Positions 12,094 through 42,463 of a stretch of 64,000 nucleotides of DNA are shown here, in pieces. Source of the stretch: Lingula anatina (taxonomy: Eukaryota; Animalia; Brachiopoda); NCBI GenBank assembly GCA_051362555.1, contig CM120647.1:6882001-6946000 (forward strand), in the 5' to 3' direction. The notes beneath the pieces were generated by a model, which worked only from the letters and a program-made list of their open reading frames with translations, was not told the DNA's origin and did not search any database. The translations under genes were made by a program, and so were the position numbers. The number at the start of each line of letters is the position of its first letter. Positions within the stretch are counted from its first letter, which is position 1.

Positions 12094-13010
12094 AGGGGAA
12101 ACTATCGTACCATTAACTGTATGATGACATTAACACGCTTCCTCCGTACTCGTAGTCTCATCAGTATTTCTGTATCCTACTCAACAAAGTCATCTCTTAG
12201 ACCCCATTCCCATAGATTTTAGATCGATCTATCCCTGTTGGGAGTCTCACCGGATTACTGTCAGCTCAGCCGGCTTAAGCGTCTGTCCCGCCTACTAAAA
12301 GCTGAAAGGGGGTAATTAACTGTCGTGCGCGCTCGGCTGACTGCAATTTAGCGTGAACCCCCAGGGAGTTAGGTCGATCCAAATCTAAATCTCTGGATCG
12401 ATCTAAATCTCTGGGAATGCACCCTTAGACTGGGTTCCCATATATAGATCGATCCATCTGGATCGTTTTAACTCCCTGTGGAGTCTCTCTTAATTGCTTT
12501 CAACTAGACCGGCTTAAATGTCCGTCACGCCTACCGAATCAGCTAGGGGGGTAAAGATAATTACCCCCTAACAACTTTACTGGGCGTGACAGACATTTAA
12601 ACCGGTTAAGTTGATAGCCATTTAGTGAGACTCCCAGGGAGAAAGATCGATCCAAATATCAGTGGGAACGGTCCCTTAATCAGATTGCATTCAGCGAAAT
12701 GCGCTGTTGAGTTAGTTCGAACTACCTTGCACGATAGTTTCAGGGTGAACGCACCCTTAAGGGTCCCCCCCCCCAATGAAACTATCGGTCTTTGTAAATC
12801 GATCCAACTTCTCGGAATTTCTCGTTGAATACAGTCAGTTCATTAACATGTCTCCTTCTGGCGCTGAGTAGAATACAGAAAAACTGGTGAATATCGTATA
12901 CATTTGAAACAAGAGGAGAGATGCCAATCTGTTGAACTGATTGAATTCAGCGAGTCCCCTCAGAGTTGGATCGAACTACGGAGAGTGATAGTTACGATAG
13001 GCACGTGCCC
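12094..13010. mobile_element. Cluster of four nested/abutting Harbinger-like MITEs (12200-12424 and 12428-12675 inside about 12094-12756; 12761-13010 adjacent)
   Basis: Each junction is TTA (12197, 12425, 12676, 12757, 13011). The outer element's IRs gaaactatcgtac / gcacgatagtttc bracket the two inner elements. Confidence 0.75.
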
Positions 13011-14475
13011 TTACATTGCATATTGGCGGACAGGTGAGAGAATTGTAAGGTGGGTTTGTAGGTAACAGTAGGTGCAAGTAGGTTGTTAGTTTGGCTTCAG
13101 TTATAATTAGTCGGTCAGCTGGTTATCTTTATTTTTGAAGAATTGTCAGCAAAACAATGCACTGCTTATCATAATGTGAACTTACCTGTATCATATTATG
13201 GCATACTGGCTGTAATATACTGGTTGTTCGGCATATCCCAGGAAGAAGATTTCTACCAGTTCTGCCTTGGAATGCGCGCTGCTTTGGGCAAAACTGAACA
13301 TGGATCTGACTTCGAGCGAAACAGCACAGCTGTTGACATAAAAAAGAACCATTAACGTCGTGTTATAAGTATAATAGAACAAAAGTGAATGCAGTCTGCA
13401 TGGATCTGCCGTTATGGTATTACATTATGACGATCAACTGGGCGATTTAAGAAGAGAGAAGTTGCACTTGATCAATATATATATGTTAATGCAGTGCGTA
13501 TTTCCAGCTTACTGTAGCGTGCTTTCTGTCAGGATCATTTAATGCCTACATACGTTTTTACTGGATAATTTCACGGGGATTTCTTGGATAATTCAGTGCA
13601 CATGGCGCAGCGTCGTGCCTTACGTATTCTAGGTTATAATAGCAACATGTGCAATATCTCGATATTTGGACAGACAAACCAATATATAATGTTATACGTA
13701 TATATTATGGTATATATGGCCACAAAAATGTGTCTGTTTCACTGGTATATGTGTAAACCTATAGGCAGTTGATCTGGGGGGAGGGGGGGGGGGTTCTGCG
13801 CATGTGCCAGGAAAATTAAAGTTATGCTATTCAGGATTTTTATGCCAAATGGCAAAAAATTGATAAAAATAATAAATAATAATAACATCAAAAAATTAGA
13901 TTGCCCTTTGTTCCTGTATTAGTAGCTTTGGGAATATAAAGACATAAAATATATGACATTGGGCCATTTTCAAACGCGAATACTATACCTTTAAACTGAC
14001 AATGCACCGGAAATGTGTAAATTAAAGACTATTTTTATACACAGACACGAAATAAATTTTGTTAAATGCAAGGAAGCAGATGACAAGTATATATAGAGAA
14101 AGCTTTTCCATGTCTGTGTTGCATCTAATAGTCATGCCAGCCTCTGTTTGTCCCATTCGTCAATATATATATTCTTGAATTCGTAATCCGTGCCAGATGT
14201 TACATTTATAATGGAATTTTTCTGAATAATTGACAAGTTTGGATGAGAAAATAACACAATCATATTTAAACCGTGCATCTGTCTTCAATATATAGAGATA
14301 CAAAAACAGTTTCAATAGTTTTGTGCATATATATATATATATTCCCCGCTCTAGGTTATACTGCCCTAAATACGTATTGGCTTGGTGGGGAAAAGAGATG
14401 CCATTTTTAAAACATACAAATTAAGAAAATCGTCTTTTTTCAGAGCCGAGCACTTGAGGGGCATCGACTTCAGGA

Positions 14476-16398
14476 ATGATGAAACCTCGCACTGCGCTCA
14501 TTGTTGCACTGGCTGCTGCAGCGCTGATTGGCTCAGCATGGTTCTTAAACAGAGACCGAGTGAAGGAGGAGGAACCAAAGAAGGCGGAGTCAGATGTAAT
14601 TATGTTATTAAAGAGTGCATTCAGAACAGATTATCCGCGGACTAACTGATCTGACGCTAAATATGGCCGAACCCACAAAAAAGCAAGCTGCCCTTATCAG
14701 TCGATGGTTTCCCCGCCTCCACACGCACTATGAAACGGATTAACTCTTGGCTCCGAGATTAAATTGCTAGGCCCATGTTGCGACGGCGCGTGTGGAGGCG
14801 AGGAGACCACCAGGGGTTAGCGGCATTGCTTTTAAGTGGATGGGTAGTATTTATTACGCGGATCTCTTAGTCCGCGGATCAACTAGTTCTGAATGTTCCC
14901 GAAGGGATAACAACTCCTCTTTTTACCTTAAAAAGTGCTGTAAAACAGATTTTCCTGGGGTAGACGATGATTTTCCCATACTTACCGACGATTAATGAAT
15001 CCGTTTCGAAATTCAAAGTTAGTCGATTGTTTTTAAGTACATCAACAGAAACATTTTTAGAGAAATTAAGGGAGCGAGTTGTGTTAGGTGGATGGTGGTT
15101 TTTGATCCGCCAAAGCCACTTTATCTTTTACGACATTCTCATGCTTCTTCTATATGACACATTTTGTTCTTTGAAACTTTAGGCAAAATAAAAAAAAAAA
15201 AGCTTTTTCAAACATTTTTTTCAAACACTTTTTTTACAGCCGAAACTCGTACGTGACGCAAAAGACGAAGACGCGTTTGCCAATGCTGGGCTTTTTAAAA
15301 GACTTGGGACAGGTAACATGGACCCAGTAGAACCCGAATTACTGGCTCACCTCCGAAAGAGATGGATCTTCGCACCTTCCGATCTTCCTTATAACTTAGT
15401 CAGACCCAGCGTGAAGTCGTGGGCTCAGATTGGCCAGTCACAATTGGTGGACAAAATTCTGAAAGAACGCCGAAACGGTTTCTATGTAGAATCGGGCGCC
15501 TTTGACGGAGAGGACCATTCCAACTCTCTCTTCTTCGAGAAATCACGAGACTGGAAGGGTCTTCTGATAGAGCCGGATCCTTGGACCTTTGAAGCACTTA
15601 TTCAGAAAAACAGGTAATTCTGATTTTATCCTCCATTGTATTTTTATACCTTTACAGTCGTCAGTAGCCTACGATTGAAAGAAGTTCATCATTTACCAAA
15701 TCCAAGGGTGATTTAGTAGAACAGGTATAAACATGAACATATGATCATTCTCTTTTGACCCACTTAGGTCAGGCTAAACGTAACCATTATAACTGAATGA
15801 AGGACATTGCCGGAATTTTTTGGAAACATATTTTCCCCTTATAAAGGTCTCACGCGCACTGTGTACTAGGCAAAGCTTCTTAAGATTGAAATATATAACA
15901 ATTCTAGTATCAGAAATTGTGTACTTGGAAATTGAAATTCTTCTCTCTCTCGTTTACAGGAAAGCGTACGTTGTCAACACCTGCATTGCAATAGGAAAAA
16001 GTCCCGAAAGAACCGAATTTACCTTCGCTAGCGAACTCGGCGGAATCGCCAAAAAATCCGCGGCCGTGCCGAAAGCCGAAGCAGGGTCCGTCCGAGGCAC
16101 AGGTCGCATACAGTGCTTCCCCATTCTCTCTCTCTTAGCCGCCGTCGGCCAAACCCACGTAGACTATTTCTCCTTAGACGTGGAAGGCGCCGAGATAGAA
16201 ATCCTCAAGTCCTTCCCCTGGACTCAGGTCACGGTGGACGTGTGGACGATAGAGTACGCGGTTCACGGTGGGGGTGCTGGGACCGCGGAACGCGAGAAGG
16301 AAATCAGGGAAATTTTTAAGAAAACGGACTTGTACAAGGAAGGGACCATTCTAGGCGGACAGGATATTGTGTTTGTGAGAAAAGACGTGCCTCAGTAG
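14476..16398 (+). CDS. FkbM-family (Methyltransf_21, protein Star-like) SAM-dependent methyltransferase with N-terminal signal anchor, 310 aa; join(14476..14595,15240..15613,15960..16398)
   Basis: Exon 1 is not in the ORF track and encodes MMKPRTALIVALAAAALIGSAWFLNRD (basic residues plus a hydrophobic anchor). It splices in phase (GAT|gtaatt, tttttacag|CCG; AG|gtaatt, tttacag|G) to FkbM motifs GFYVESGAFDGEDHSNSLFFEK..WKGLLIEP and VDYFSLDVEGAEIEILKSFPW..VDVWTIE. Total 933 nt. An acceptor at 14443 implies an upstream non-coding exon. Confidence 0.9.
14612..14900. mobile_element. Harbinger-like MITE in methyltransferase intron
   Basis: IRs cattcagaac..atccgcggactaa / ttagtccgcggat..gttctgaatg; starts about 16 nt after the splice donor. 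Confidence 0.65.
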
Positions 16399-19300
16399 CA
16401 CGGATGATATTGATTGAGGGGGAGGGGGGGGGGGCAGGATGTGGCTAGACCCGTAGGCTACAGACCGTGTCTTTCAAAATGGCTGCCAACAACACATGGA
16501 ATATGTGTGGCTTGATGTTTGACTGGACTTAATAAGGAAATGCGGAAATATGAAAGTTTAAGTCCGCTCTAGACAGTACTATTTGATTTTCAATGCCTCT
16601 CCGGAGATTCGGTTTGTGAACACATTGGAAACAACCTGTTTGCTGTGCCTATTCCCCAGAACTTTCGATAAATTTATCCCAAAACAAAAATGGACTGATT
16701 CAGACGAAAACAGACTCAAAATAGACAGAACTCGGGTAGCCAGCGGAGAGGTCAAAGTAGGGCTACCAGTGGTCAAGGAGGTCAAGCTGACTTCAAGCCA
16801 CGTGGGTCAGAGGGACTCTTGGTCAGGAAGGTCAAATCGATAGATTGGCCGATCAAATCGAATATCGATTGGCCTCGTTGTCAGACGGAAAATGAACCGG
16901 GGATAGGAGTAGTTACAGTGCCTTGTAATCGGCTTTTTTTAAAATAAAGACGAAGACGAGGCAAATCAGAGGAGGGGTTTTGCCTGAATTCCAAAATGAC
17001 GTAACAACCTTCGGGTGATTTCGCACGCGATAAATCAGATTCCGGGAGCAGCCGAGGATTGCTTGGAGCACTGTTTATACAAAAGTGATTCTTAATTCTG
17101 TCTTTCAGGGATGTGTAAAACTATATTGCCTAGGGACATACTTAAGATAAATATCATTTATTCGTTGTTTAACGCGTGTGTGTGTGCGTTTATGTATATG
17201 TAGGCCTATGTGTGTTTTTACAGAAACTGAAAAGAGGGACACTTCTATTTTTCTATGGTTTAAGTGTAAATGGTTGACAAAATGGAATTGAAGCTAATGT
17301 CAACGAATGCTTTATTCATTCTAACATGGTTCCTGCCTGGCTGTTTTAGTTGATGCGCTTGTTTTCAAATTACTGATTTTTTCATGACAGTGTTTTTGTT
17401 TTAAGTGTTTTGTTTAGTAAGATGTTAGTAAGATGCATGCAAGCGCTATATAGTGGCTAGTGAAACCCTTTTTAAAGAAAGACAAATATGCTAGTAAAAG
17501 TCGTAGTAAAATAGCATTCCATTTTAATATGCAAACTTGGGTTATAACGTAGCGTTAGGTCAAATATAAATAAGACATTGCAGCAGTTAACTCAGAAAAC
17601 ACTCTGTGACTTGATTAAAACTTGTGTGATGCTGCATTCCAGACATTGCAAATAACATAAATTAGACCATTAGGAATTTGATTAAATCTCTCCATTTTGA
17701 AACTCGTGCAGCGATTTGTACAGTTTCAGCATTGCTAGCCTCAAAAAGGTTGTGCATTGGCATTGCGAATACTTGTCATTCAAATGTTTATTTACTGATT
17801 GTCATTTATGAAGATGACTGAAATATCAGTCATTTATATTTCAAAGCACACAGTTTTGTTGGCAGTAGGATTATAAATGTCTTTTTAAGAATGGAGAGTT
17901 GTGCCCATTTCCCTTTTTATTAATTGCTCAAGTTAATCCAGAAAAAAGACAATAAACAAAAGAAAAAGAAAAAAGAAATTTGCAAGTTTGCTTTGCTTGT
18001 TGTATCTTCTACAGTATTCTCTTCACCTAATACCTTCGAACACGTGACAGCGACCCTATTGATTCTAGACTTTATTTACCATGAACACTAAATCACCATG
18101 AGGGACATTTTTTGTTTGAAAAATAGCGACTACAGCAAACCCTGAAGCTAATTATACCCCTATCTTTACAATTAACTCGTTCTATTTCAAGATAACTGTC
18201 ATAAACTGGCATAATAACGGTGTTCTTTATACTAAATTACACTTATAAATACCTCAGTATGAAGGACCCATTGGATATTTTCGTTACCTGTTAAAGCACT
18301 TATTTTATTTTCCATGCACTTATACTTCCCCAAGATGCCTGAAACATTCCTATTATTTAGCCTGATTTGTTAAGATCCCCATCTCCGTGAATGTGTCTCT
18401 TTGTTCTTCATCATTCGTGAAATAAAGTCATTATTTAAATGAAACTGGCGATAAAATCGCACTGAACTGAGGAAGATTTTTTTTCACATTTGTGTGTTTT
18501 GAACTGCAATTAATTATCCTTTTTGTGTAAATAAAGATATTATTTCTCCTGTGTGTAATAGTCAAGAGAGGCTCTGATAACAAGTGGAGTCCAATTGCAG
18601 TGTCAACGGAGACAGGCGATGGGAGGTGGGAGGGGGACAATTGTCATCCGCAATTTTGTGAATATATAAAAGGATTCCAACTCCACCTCAAAATAATATC
18701 AAATAACCTTCTTTATTAAAATATAAGGCCTTATATTTCATTGACCCCCAGCTCTACTCTTCTACTATGCACAAACATGTATCAAATCAATATTGTTGCA
18801 AACAGTTTTGTTATCTCGACTGAGATTTGTGAATAGATGATTTTATTGCCGGTTAAGTGTGATCACTACTGCCTTTTCCATCTTCAATAGTTGCAGGCGG
18901 TGGAAGGTGATTGCATCAGAGAAGACAGCTGATTGCGGCGAGCACCGAGCTTCTCAGCTACCGCAATACACAATTGTTTCCTCTACATTGCATTTACCAA
19001 TGCAGTGGCATGGCCATTTGACAAAACGGTCAAGTTCGAGTCGCGTCATATAACTCCTGGATAACTTTAGTTTTTTTTTTTATTACAGGGTACTGAAGTA
19101 TAAAATAGCAATAAATAAGAGGGGATAGGCGCAGGGGCAGCGGTCAGGCGTTAAGTATTTTTGAACAAAGTCACCGCCTAGGCCAACGTATGCAGTCTCC
19201 TTGTTCGAGTCATGATCTCAATCGCAAAATAGAAATATTTAAATACTGCGGCGCTGGTCAAACGGTTGTCTTTCTTAGCCCAACTTCAAACTTTTGGCGT

Positions 19301-19790
19301 CCAGTCGGTTTTCATTTTTCAACGGTTTGCCTCAACTTTGTCCATTTCTAATGAATCACCTGTAATTTTTATCTTTTGAAGGACGGTTTTCTTTAGAGTG
19401 GGTTCGTTTGTTTGTGAACGAGACATCACAAAAAGTACTTCAGAGCTTTCGACTTAACAGATTTTTAGGTCACGCGGTTGTTGAATCAAATGTGGATTTC
19501 TAAACGTTGCGGGACGGGGAGGGCTCTACCTTATCCCGACTATTCTCTGGATTTTCTTTCAATCTGAGACAGTTGGCGTGTCAATAACAAATCCCTTATC
19601 CATCAAAATAATCTAAATATGTTCCTATCAAACTCGTCTACTTATTTAACATTAATCATAACATAAAAATCAAGTTCTCTTCGAGGGACATTTATTCCTT
19701 TTGTACACATTGTTTTCGGGTATGTTTTTCTTCATTTTTTAAATTATAAAATGTACACAAGAGTTTTTTTGTTTGAGGAATTTGAGATGT

Positions 19791-22366
19791 CTATTTCTTG
19801 GTTGCCTCCTCTTCCTTGGCGTACGACTTCATGATCTCGGCGTGCTTCTGGGCGATCCTCTCCTCGCGGCGTTTGCGGGCGTCCTTGACGCGGGTTCTTC
19901 TGGCCTCAGCTTGGTCGCTGTGAAAAAAAAAATTAAAGAATATTTTGAGTTTCAACAAATGATCATGCTAGATAAATATGTTGCTTCTTGTATAATAATA
20001 ATAATAATATTAAATCATAATAAGTAGTTATTTTTGACTTGGTTGCTGTGAAATATAGATATTTTTTCTACAGTACCATCGGAAATACTAGATAAATACA
20101 TAGCTTACTAATATCATACAAGTGGTATACATTTCAGTTACACAAACTGCAAAACCTGACCACACAAATGAACATTTGATGAATTGATGAAATGAACAAT
20201 ATTCAAGCAGGTAAATTGCAATCAGCCACCTGTAGATGTGGCTTTAATCCAGGATCATATTTGGATTCAGATCAGACTTTTTACTTGCCAAAATGACCAC
20301 CCTACAAGTCTTTTTTTTTACTTTCCTTTCTTGGGTTTTCTAGGGTGGGAGTGGTGGGAGTGGGTGTGTGTGTGAAATGTGTGAGTGTGGGTATCAGGGA
20401 TGTACTTACTTGAGCATCTTCACTCTCGACTTCCTCTCCTTCTCTTTGTGGATGTGTTCCATCAACACACGCTTGTTCTTGAACACATTACCTTTGCACT
20501 TCAGGTACAGTTCATGATACCTGGAATAAAACAAGCTCTAATTTATTCTTTTCCATGCAACTGTACAGCTGTCTTTCGGACCCACAGTTTCAATTTAGAA
20601 TGCCCCTTTTTTTTAGACTGTTGTTATTGAACACATGTATACTAGATGTTTCATCTTGACAAAAACATGAGTTTTGGATCCCCATTTCAAACCCTGGTTA
20701 AACCCCCCATTGATGCCTTCTTTTCCTATTTGTTTAAAAACATTTCAATTATATTTACATGTTCTATCTTATAGGGACAGAAACTGTAAAGTGCTAGGTT
20801 GCTGTGAAAAATAATCAATCAGTCAAGATGATAATTTCATCAGCTAACAGAAAATTATAGTCTTTAATATACTTTTTGAGCTTTAATTTTTCCTTTTTAT
20901 CATGACAAACATTTTATGATAGTGAAATTAAACGGAGTTCATCTATGTCACGAGAGACTTAAAAATTAACCATTAACAATTTCACTTACAAGTGCTTGTC
21001 GATCTTCTTGGCATCTCTGTATCTCTTCAGCAACCTCCTCAACACGCGCATGCGGCGCATCCACAGCACCTTGACAGGCATACGTGCGTTAGCCGTACCC
21101 TTCCTCTTTCCTGTGCCGGTGTGACGACCCTTCCTGCGAGCAATGGTGTTCTTGCGCACACGTGCGCGGGAGTGCACAGCGACGGGCTTACGGATGATTA
21201 GACCATCCTTAATGAGTTTGCGCACATTTTGTCCTATAATCAATAAACATAAATATTTAAAATCTAAATTTAGTACAAATTTCCAGACAAGTGTAACAGA
21301 AACATAAGCATGAAAAGTATGGCATTTGTCACTTTAAAGAAACTATTCATTTCTTTACCCTTAAATTTATGAGTTAGACATGAAAAGGCCTTAAAGAAGA
21401 GTATCTGTCAGTGCGAAGTCTCTATTTGGATACCGAGGCCATACCCTTTCCCAATTATTACACTTTTGATATGCATCACTTGCATTCACATCCTCAGACT
21501 TGCTGTCCTGTGCAGTTATGGAATACTTACGTGAGTTGGCATTTGCTATTTCATTAGATTCATTGGGATCTAACCATACTTTGTTTTTGCCGCATTTTAA
21601 GACGGCAGCGGCCAGACGCTTCTGTAGGCGTAGCGTACTAAAATAGAAAGAAAAATATACTGAAAAATAGTAAGCATCAATGCTTTAAGTCTAGTTTTAC
21701 AAGTTTTTTTATGAGTATGTGGCTGTGTGAATCCTTGTTTGAGTCATGCTCCATACAGTAAGTTGTGTAACTACTTTTGAGCACATTCTGAAATACATTT
21801 TCTGTAAGCCATTCACTGAATGATTTTAACCAAATTAAATAAATGATTGCATATTATCATCTTAGCCAGATCAAATCCATTTTTGAAGCTCTTGCCTACA
21901 TACTTTACGCCCGGCTGTCAAGCTACTCTAGATTAAATAAGACGCTTTAACTTCTAAACATCCATAACTGTTGTTATTCACCGACATGAGAGAACTTGCC
22001 TAAGCATCAATAAAGTAATTTCTCCTCCAGCCATAAATAGTTCATTCAGTAATTGGTATATTTAAAAGAGCGTCAACAGTTTAACAATCGTTTGTATCGT
22101 TGGTATATCTTAGAATGGAGAAGAGATCACTTTTATCAACTATTTCTCGACATAAATGCAAGACCAAACATGCTTGTTGCACCACACATGGAAATGCTCG
22201 GTCGCAACCCTAGTCCTGATTTTCAAGAATAGCAAGTTTATTAACAAAAATATGGAGCTTATTAGCACAACTATAACTTAAGTAGCGTATGTTTGTTTCG
22301 ACGGTTGCTTTTGGATTATTGATAGAGAAGAAATTAACTTTCAAGCATGCCCATTCTTTACCTCAT
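19791..22366 (-). CDS. RPL19: 60S ribosomal protein L19 (eL19), 197 aa; complement(join(19791..19917,20410..20520,20990..21233,21531..21637,22362..22366))
   Basis: Translation [28 protein letters not shown]...[28 protein letters not shown]...[26 protein letters not shown]...DQAEARR. All introns GT-AG with compatible phases, 594 nt. AATAAA on the minus strand at 19691-19696. Confidence 0.98.
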
Positions 22367-22748
22367 GGCTGCCACAGATTCACAACATGGACGAAAGGAA
22401 GGATTTAGAGGGCACCTGCACTGACATGCGCGAGAGAATATAGTGCCTAATTTTTTTTCAAATTGTTTGTTCTACGGGCAAAATAATGCCAAGTTGCTTT
22501 GATAAAGATTGAAAATACAGAACACATATGCAAATTTGTCACTTTGTTCATGGCATGTTGGCACCAAAGTATATTCGCTTTAATACAGAAGCAGTGATTA
22601 GGCCATTACCTGCCAATTTACGCTAGAGGGATAGCACCATTGCTTCTCTCGATAAGTCTCGTGACCTCTCGCGCCCTCGACCTATTTCTGACAGACGACA
22701 ACTTTTTTTGCAAGGGCTCCTAAGATTTTTGCCAAGTACCTTGAAAAC
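22367..22748. promoter_or_regulatory. Bidirectional promoter region between RPL19 and PFK
   Basis: The divergent start codons are 382 bp apart (22366 on -, 22749 on +). TCTCGCG motifs occur near both ends (about 22428 and 22667). Confidence 0.7.
22392..22403 (-). promoter_or_regulatory. Polypyrimidine initiator / 5' TOP-like tract of RPL19
   Basis: Minus strand reads TCCTTCCTTTCG about 30 nt upstream of the RPL19 ATG, typical of the TCT/TOP start sites of ribosomal protein genes. Confidence 0.65.
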
Positions 22749-39833
<17,085 letters not shown>

Positions 39834-42426
39834 TTTCACCGCTGTTTTTTTATTGTTTCAAGATGGCTTTGAGAAGTTCTTGTGGTCATAAAAACCTCTC
39901 AGCATGAGGAGAGCTCTGAGTCATGAAGAGGATCAATATAGATCTCCCTGATTTTTGCCCCCGTTGGAAAGAAACCTCTCCAGTTTTCATCCACAATTTG
40001 AGAACCGTCAACATGCCATAAATGTCGCATGTATTTGTAAAGTTTTTGTGAATTCCAGTCGGACTGTGAATACTCGTGTGTGAATTTTTTTTTTTAAAGC
40101 TTGTGACAAAAAAGTTGTCAACTGTAGAACCTCTAAATAATATTCGGATTTTAGAAACTGCTGTGTTTGTATAAATAGTGTAAGAAAAAGTGTACAAAGT
40201 TGGATTAATCAAAGCGATGTGTAATTGATATCATGCTGTTTATCATGTTTTGCTCAGATTATGGGCTTTTTCACATTTTTTAAAAATTTGAGCAGCGTAA
40301 AAAGTCTCTGGTATTATAGGTGCATGATTATTGCCAGACATTATATTCAAAGTTTGCACAAATCTCTAAGTTTAATCTCAAATTTGTATGAATTTCAGTT
40401 GTAAAATTCAAAAAGGTGCCAGTTTGAATTATTGCAGTAACTTTTAATCATTTCTATCACCATTTCACTTTACTTAAGCACAAAATCTTGTATGTTGTAA
40501 ATGCCCATGGAATATGAACACTTTGCATGATCCCTAATATTTTTTTCCAGAGTATGGTATAAAATTCTCTGATAAATCCCATCTGATCTGTGCAGTTTCA
40601 ACATAGTGTATTCAATAATTCGTCCAGATATGTCCACTGACATATACTCCAGTCTGTGACCTTGACCCTGGCCACACCCCAAATGCCAGTCGTGTAGAAA
40701 CTTGGCAAGTGAAATGTTTGTAATTTGTTCAATGTCTAGCCACTGTTTTCTATTGTGGGTCTGTTTCTTTAGATCTGGAGCCCCAAAGAGCCAGTAAACT
40801 ACAAAAAAAAAAGAGTTTTTGGAACAGGCTGATGCTTACGTGTGTCCACTGACATGTATTGGTGAGTCAGTAAACATTTGACAGTGTTGCTGTAGACATA
40901 AACGTGTCTATTGCCTTAAAATCGTGTCTGTGTGTGTTAACACATTTATGTACTAGCCTTGTGTGTCAATTGACACATTACAGTAACATGCACTTACATG
41001 TCAGTTGACATAAGTGTCTGTACTAAAATATATTTCCAGAAATGGTGTCCAGTTTTCCTACAGTTGTGTGTGTCTTCATCTATCCCAGAACGTTTAGATA
41101 ACCTTACAGTATTATTAGACATAAGGAGTACAACTAGCAGGCATGGAAAGGGGTATTAATGAAGGGGGAGGTGGGGGGGTAACTGTTTTCTGCACTTAGA
41201 CTGATGTTCTGTCCACAATGTTAGACATGAAATGGTCTCATGGGAGGGAAGGATTGGCAACATAGATAATAGACCCAAGTTAGACAGTTTTATTTATTAA
41301 TTTGTTTAAATTATCCCAGGGAAAAATGCTAAATACATACCCACCGCTTCTTATTTTTTCACAGAAGTTAATTAATTAGATGCTATCATACATGATATGA
41401 TTTGAAGTTATACAGAGTCTAGTCTTGTTTTCAGTGTTGTATATAGCCAGAATCTTTATTCAAGAGTAATGGTGATGTGGTTGTTGCTTTCACATCTTTA
41501 TTCAAACCTGGATGCTAATATATTTCATTGTTTTTGTGCCATAGTTTTTCTCTCCAGTTTCTTGAGGTTTATTTGGATCTAATTAACTTCTGGGCTATAC
41601 TGGTAGTGCTGCTGATCTGTAAGACTGCTCAGACAAGATCAAATTTGGATTGAAACACAGACAAACTACTGTGCTTAGAGGCCAGATTATAGAGCCATAA
41701 ATTTATTCCTTAGAAAATTCAATAAACTGGTACCAAGTTTTAGATGACTGAGATTCCATTCTGCATCAGTATAAATTTTGTTTTTCCTTGACAAAAGTTT
41801 GTCTTGATTGATTTTTGATCTGATTTAGTTGTTGTTTGAAGAGATCTTACAGAGTAGATTATGACTACGAAAGGTGCTTTAAATTATTTATGTACTTCAA
41901 AGAAGTTTTTTACTTGATTTAGAGACCAGTCTAGCACAGCCTTGTAAAGCTGATATGATTTCCTTTAGCCTGAATATTTTGCTTTAACCTGAAGATTTTT
42001 AGTTCTTTACACCCAAATGATGAGTGGCCCTACTTAATCAGAGCCAAACAACCTCTTTAGGTGCATGATAATACAAGATAATTTTTTCATTGTGTTTTAT
42101 TACAAATTACTTTGGTGCTGGTTCAAAGGAAAACAAATTCCTTAATATCTAGAGTGGGCATTTGATACTTTTCTGCCTGTAATTTATTTGGAGTACAAGT
42201 TCTCACATACAATGTGACATAGTACCTGTAACGTTGTAACTGTTTCATGTACTAGATTAATAACCAATTAATAATGGAATACTACTTCACAGGTTGGCTG
42301 TTAGTTGTCTCAGACTGGCGTTAAGATTAAAATCGTTACCTCTGGTAACAAAAAGAATGTCATGATTATAACGGCTGCAGTTTGCCCGTTTGTTTGTTCA
42401 CAAGATTTCTTAGAGATGTCTTTACA

Positions 42427-42463
<37 letters not shown>

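Noticed and set aside
15820-15959. N-terminal part of the 192-aa ORF
   Set aside because: Intronic read-through; the real exon starts at the acceptor at 15960.
19000-19215. tRNA gene suggested by GTTCGAGTC motifs
   Set aside because: No cloverleaf or convincing A box; more likely decayed repeat sequence.
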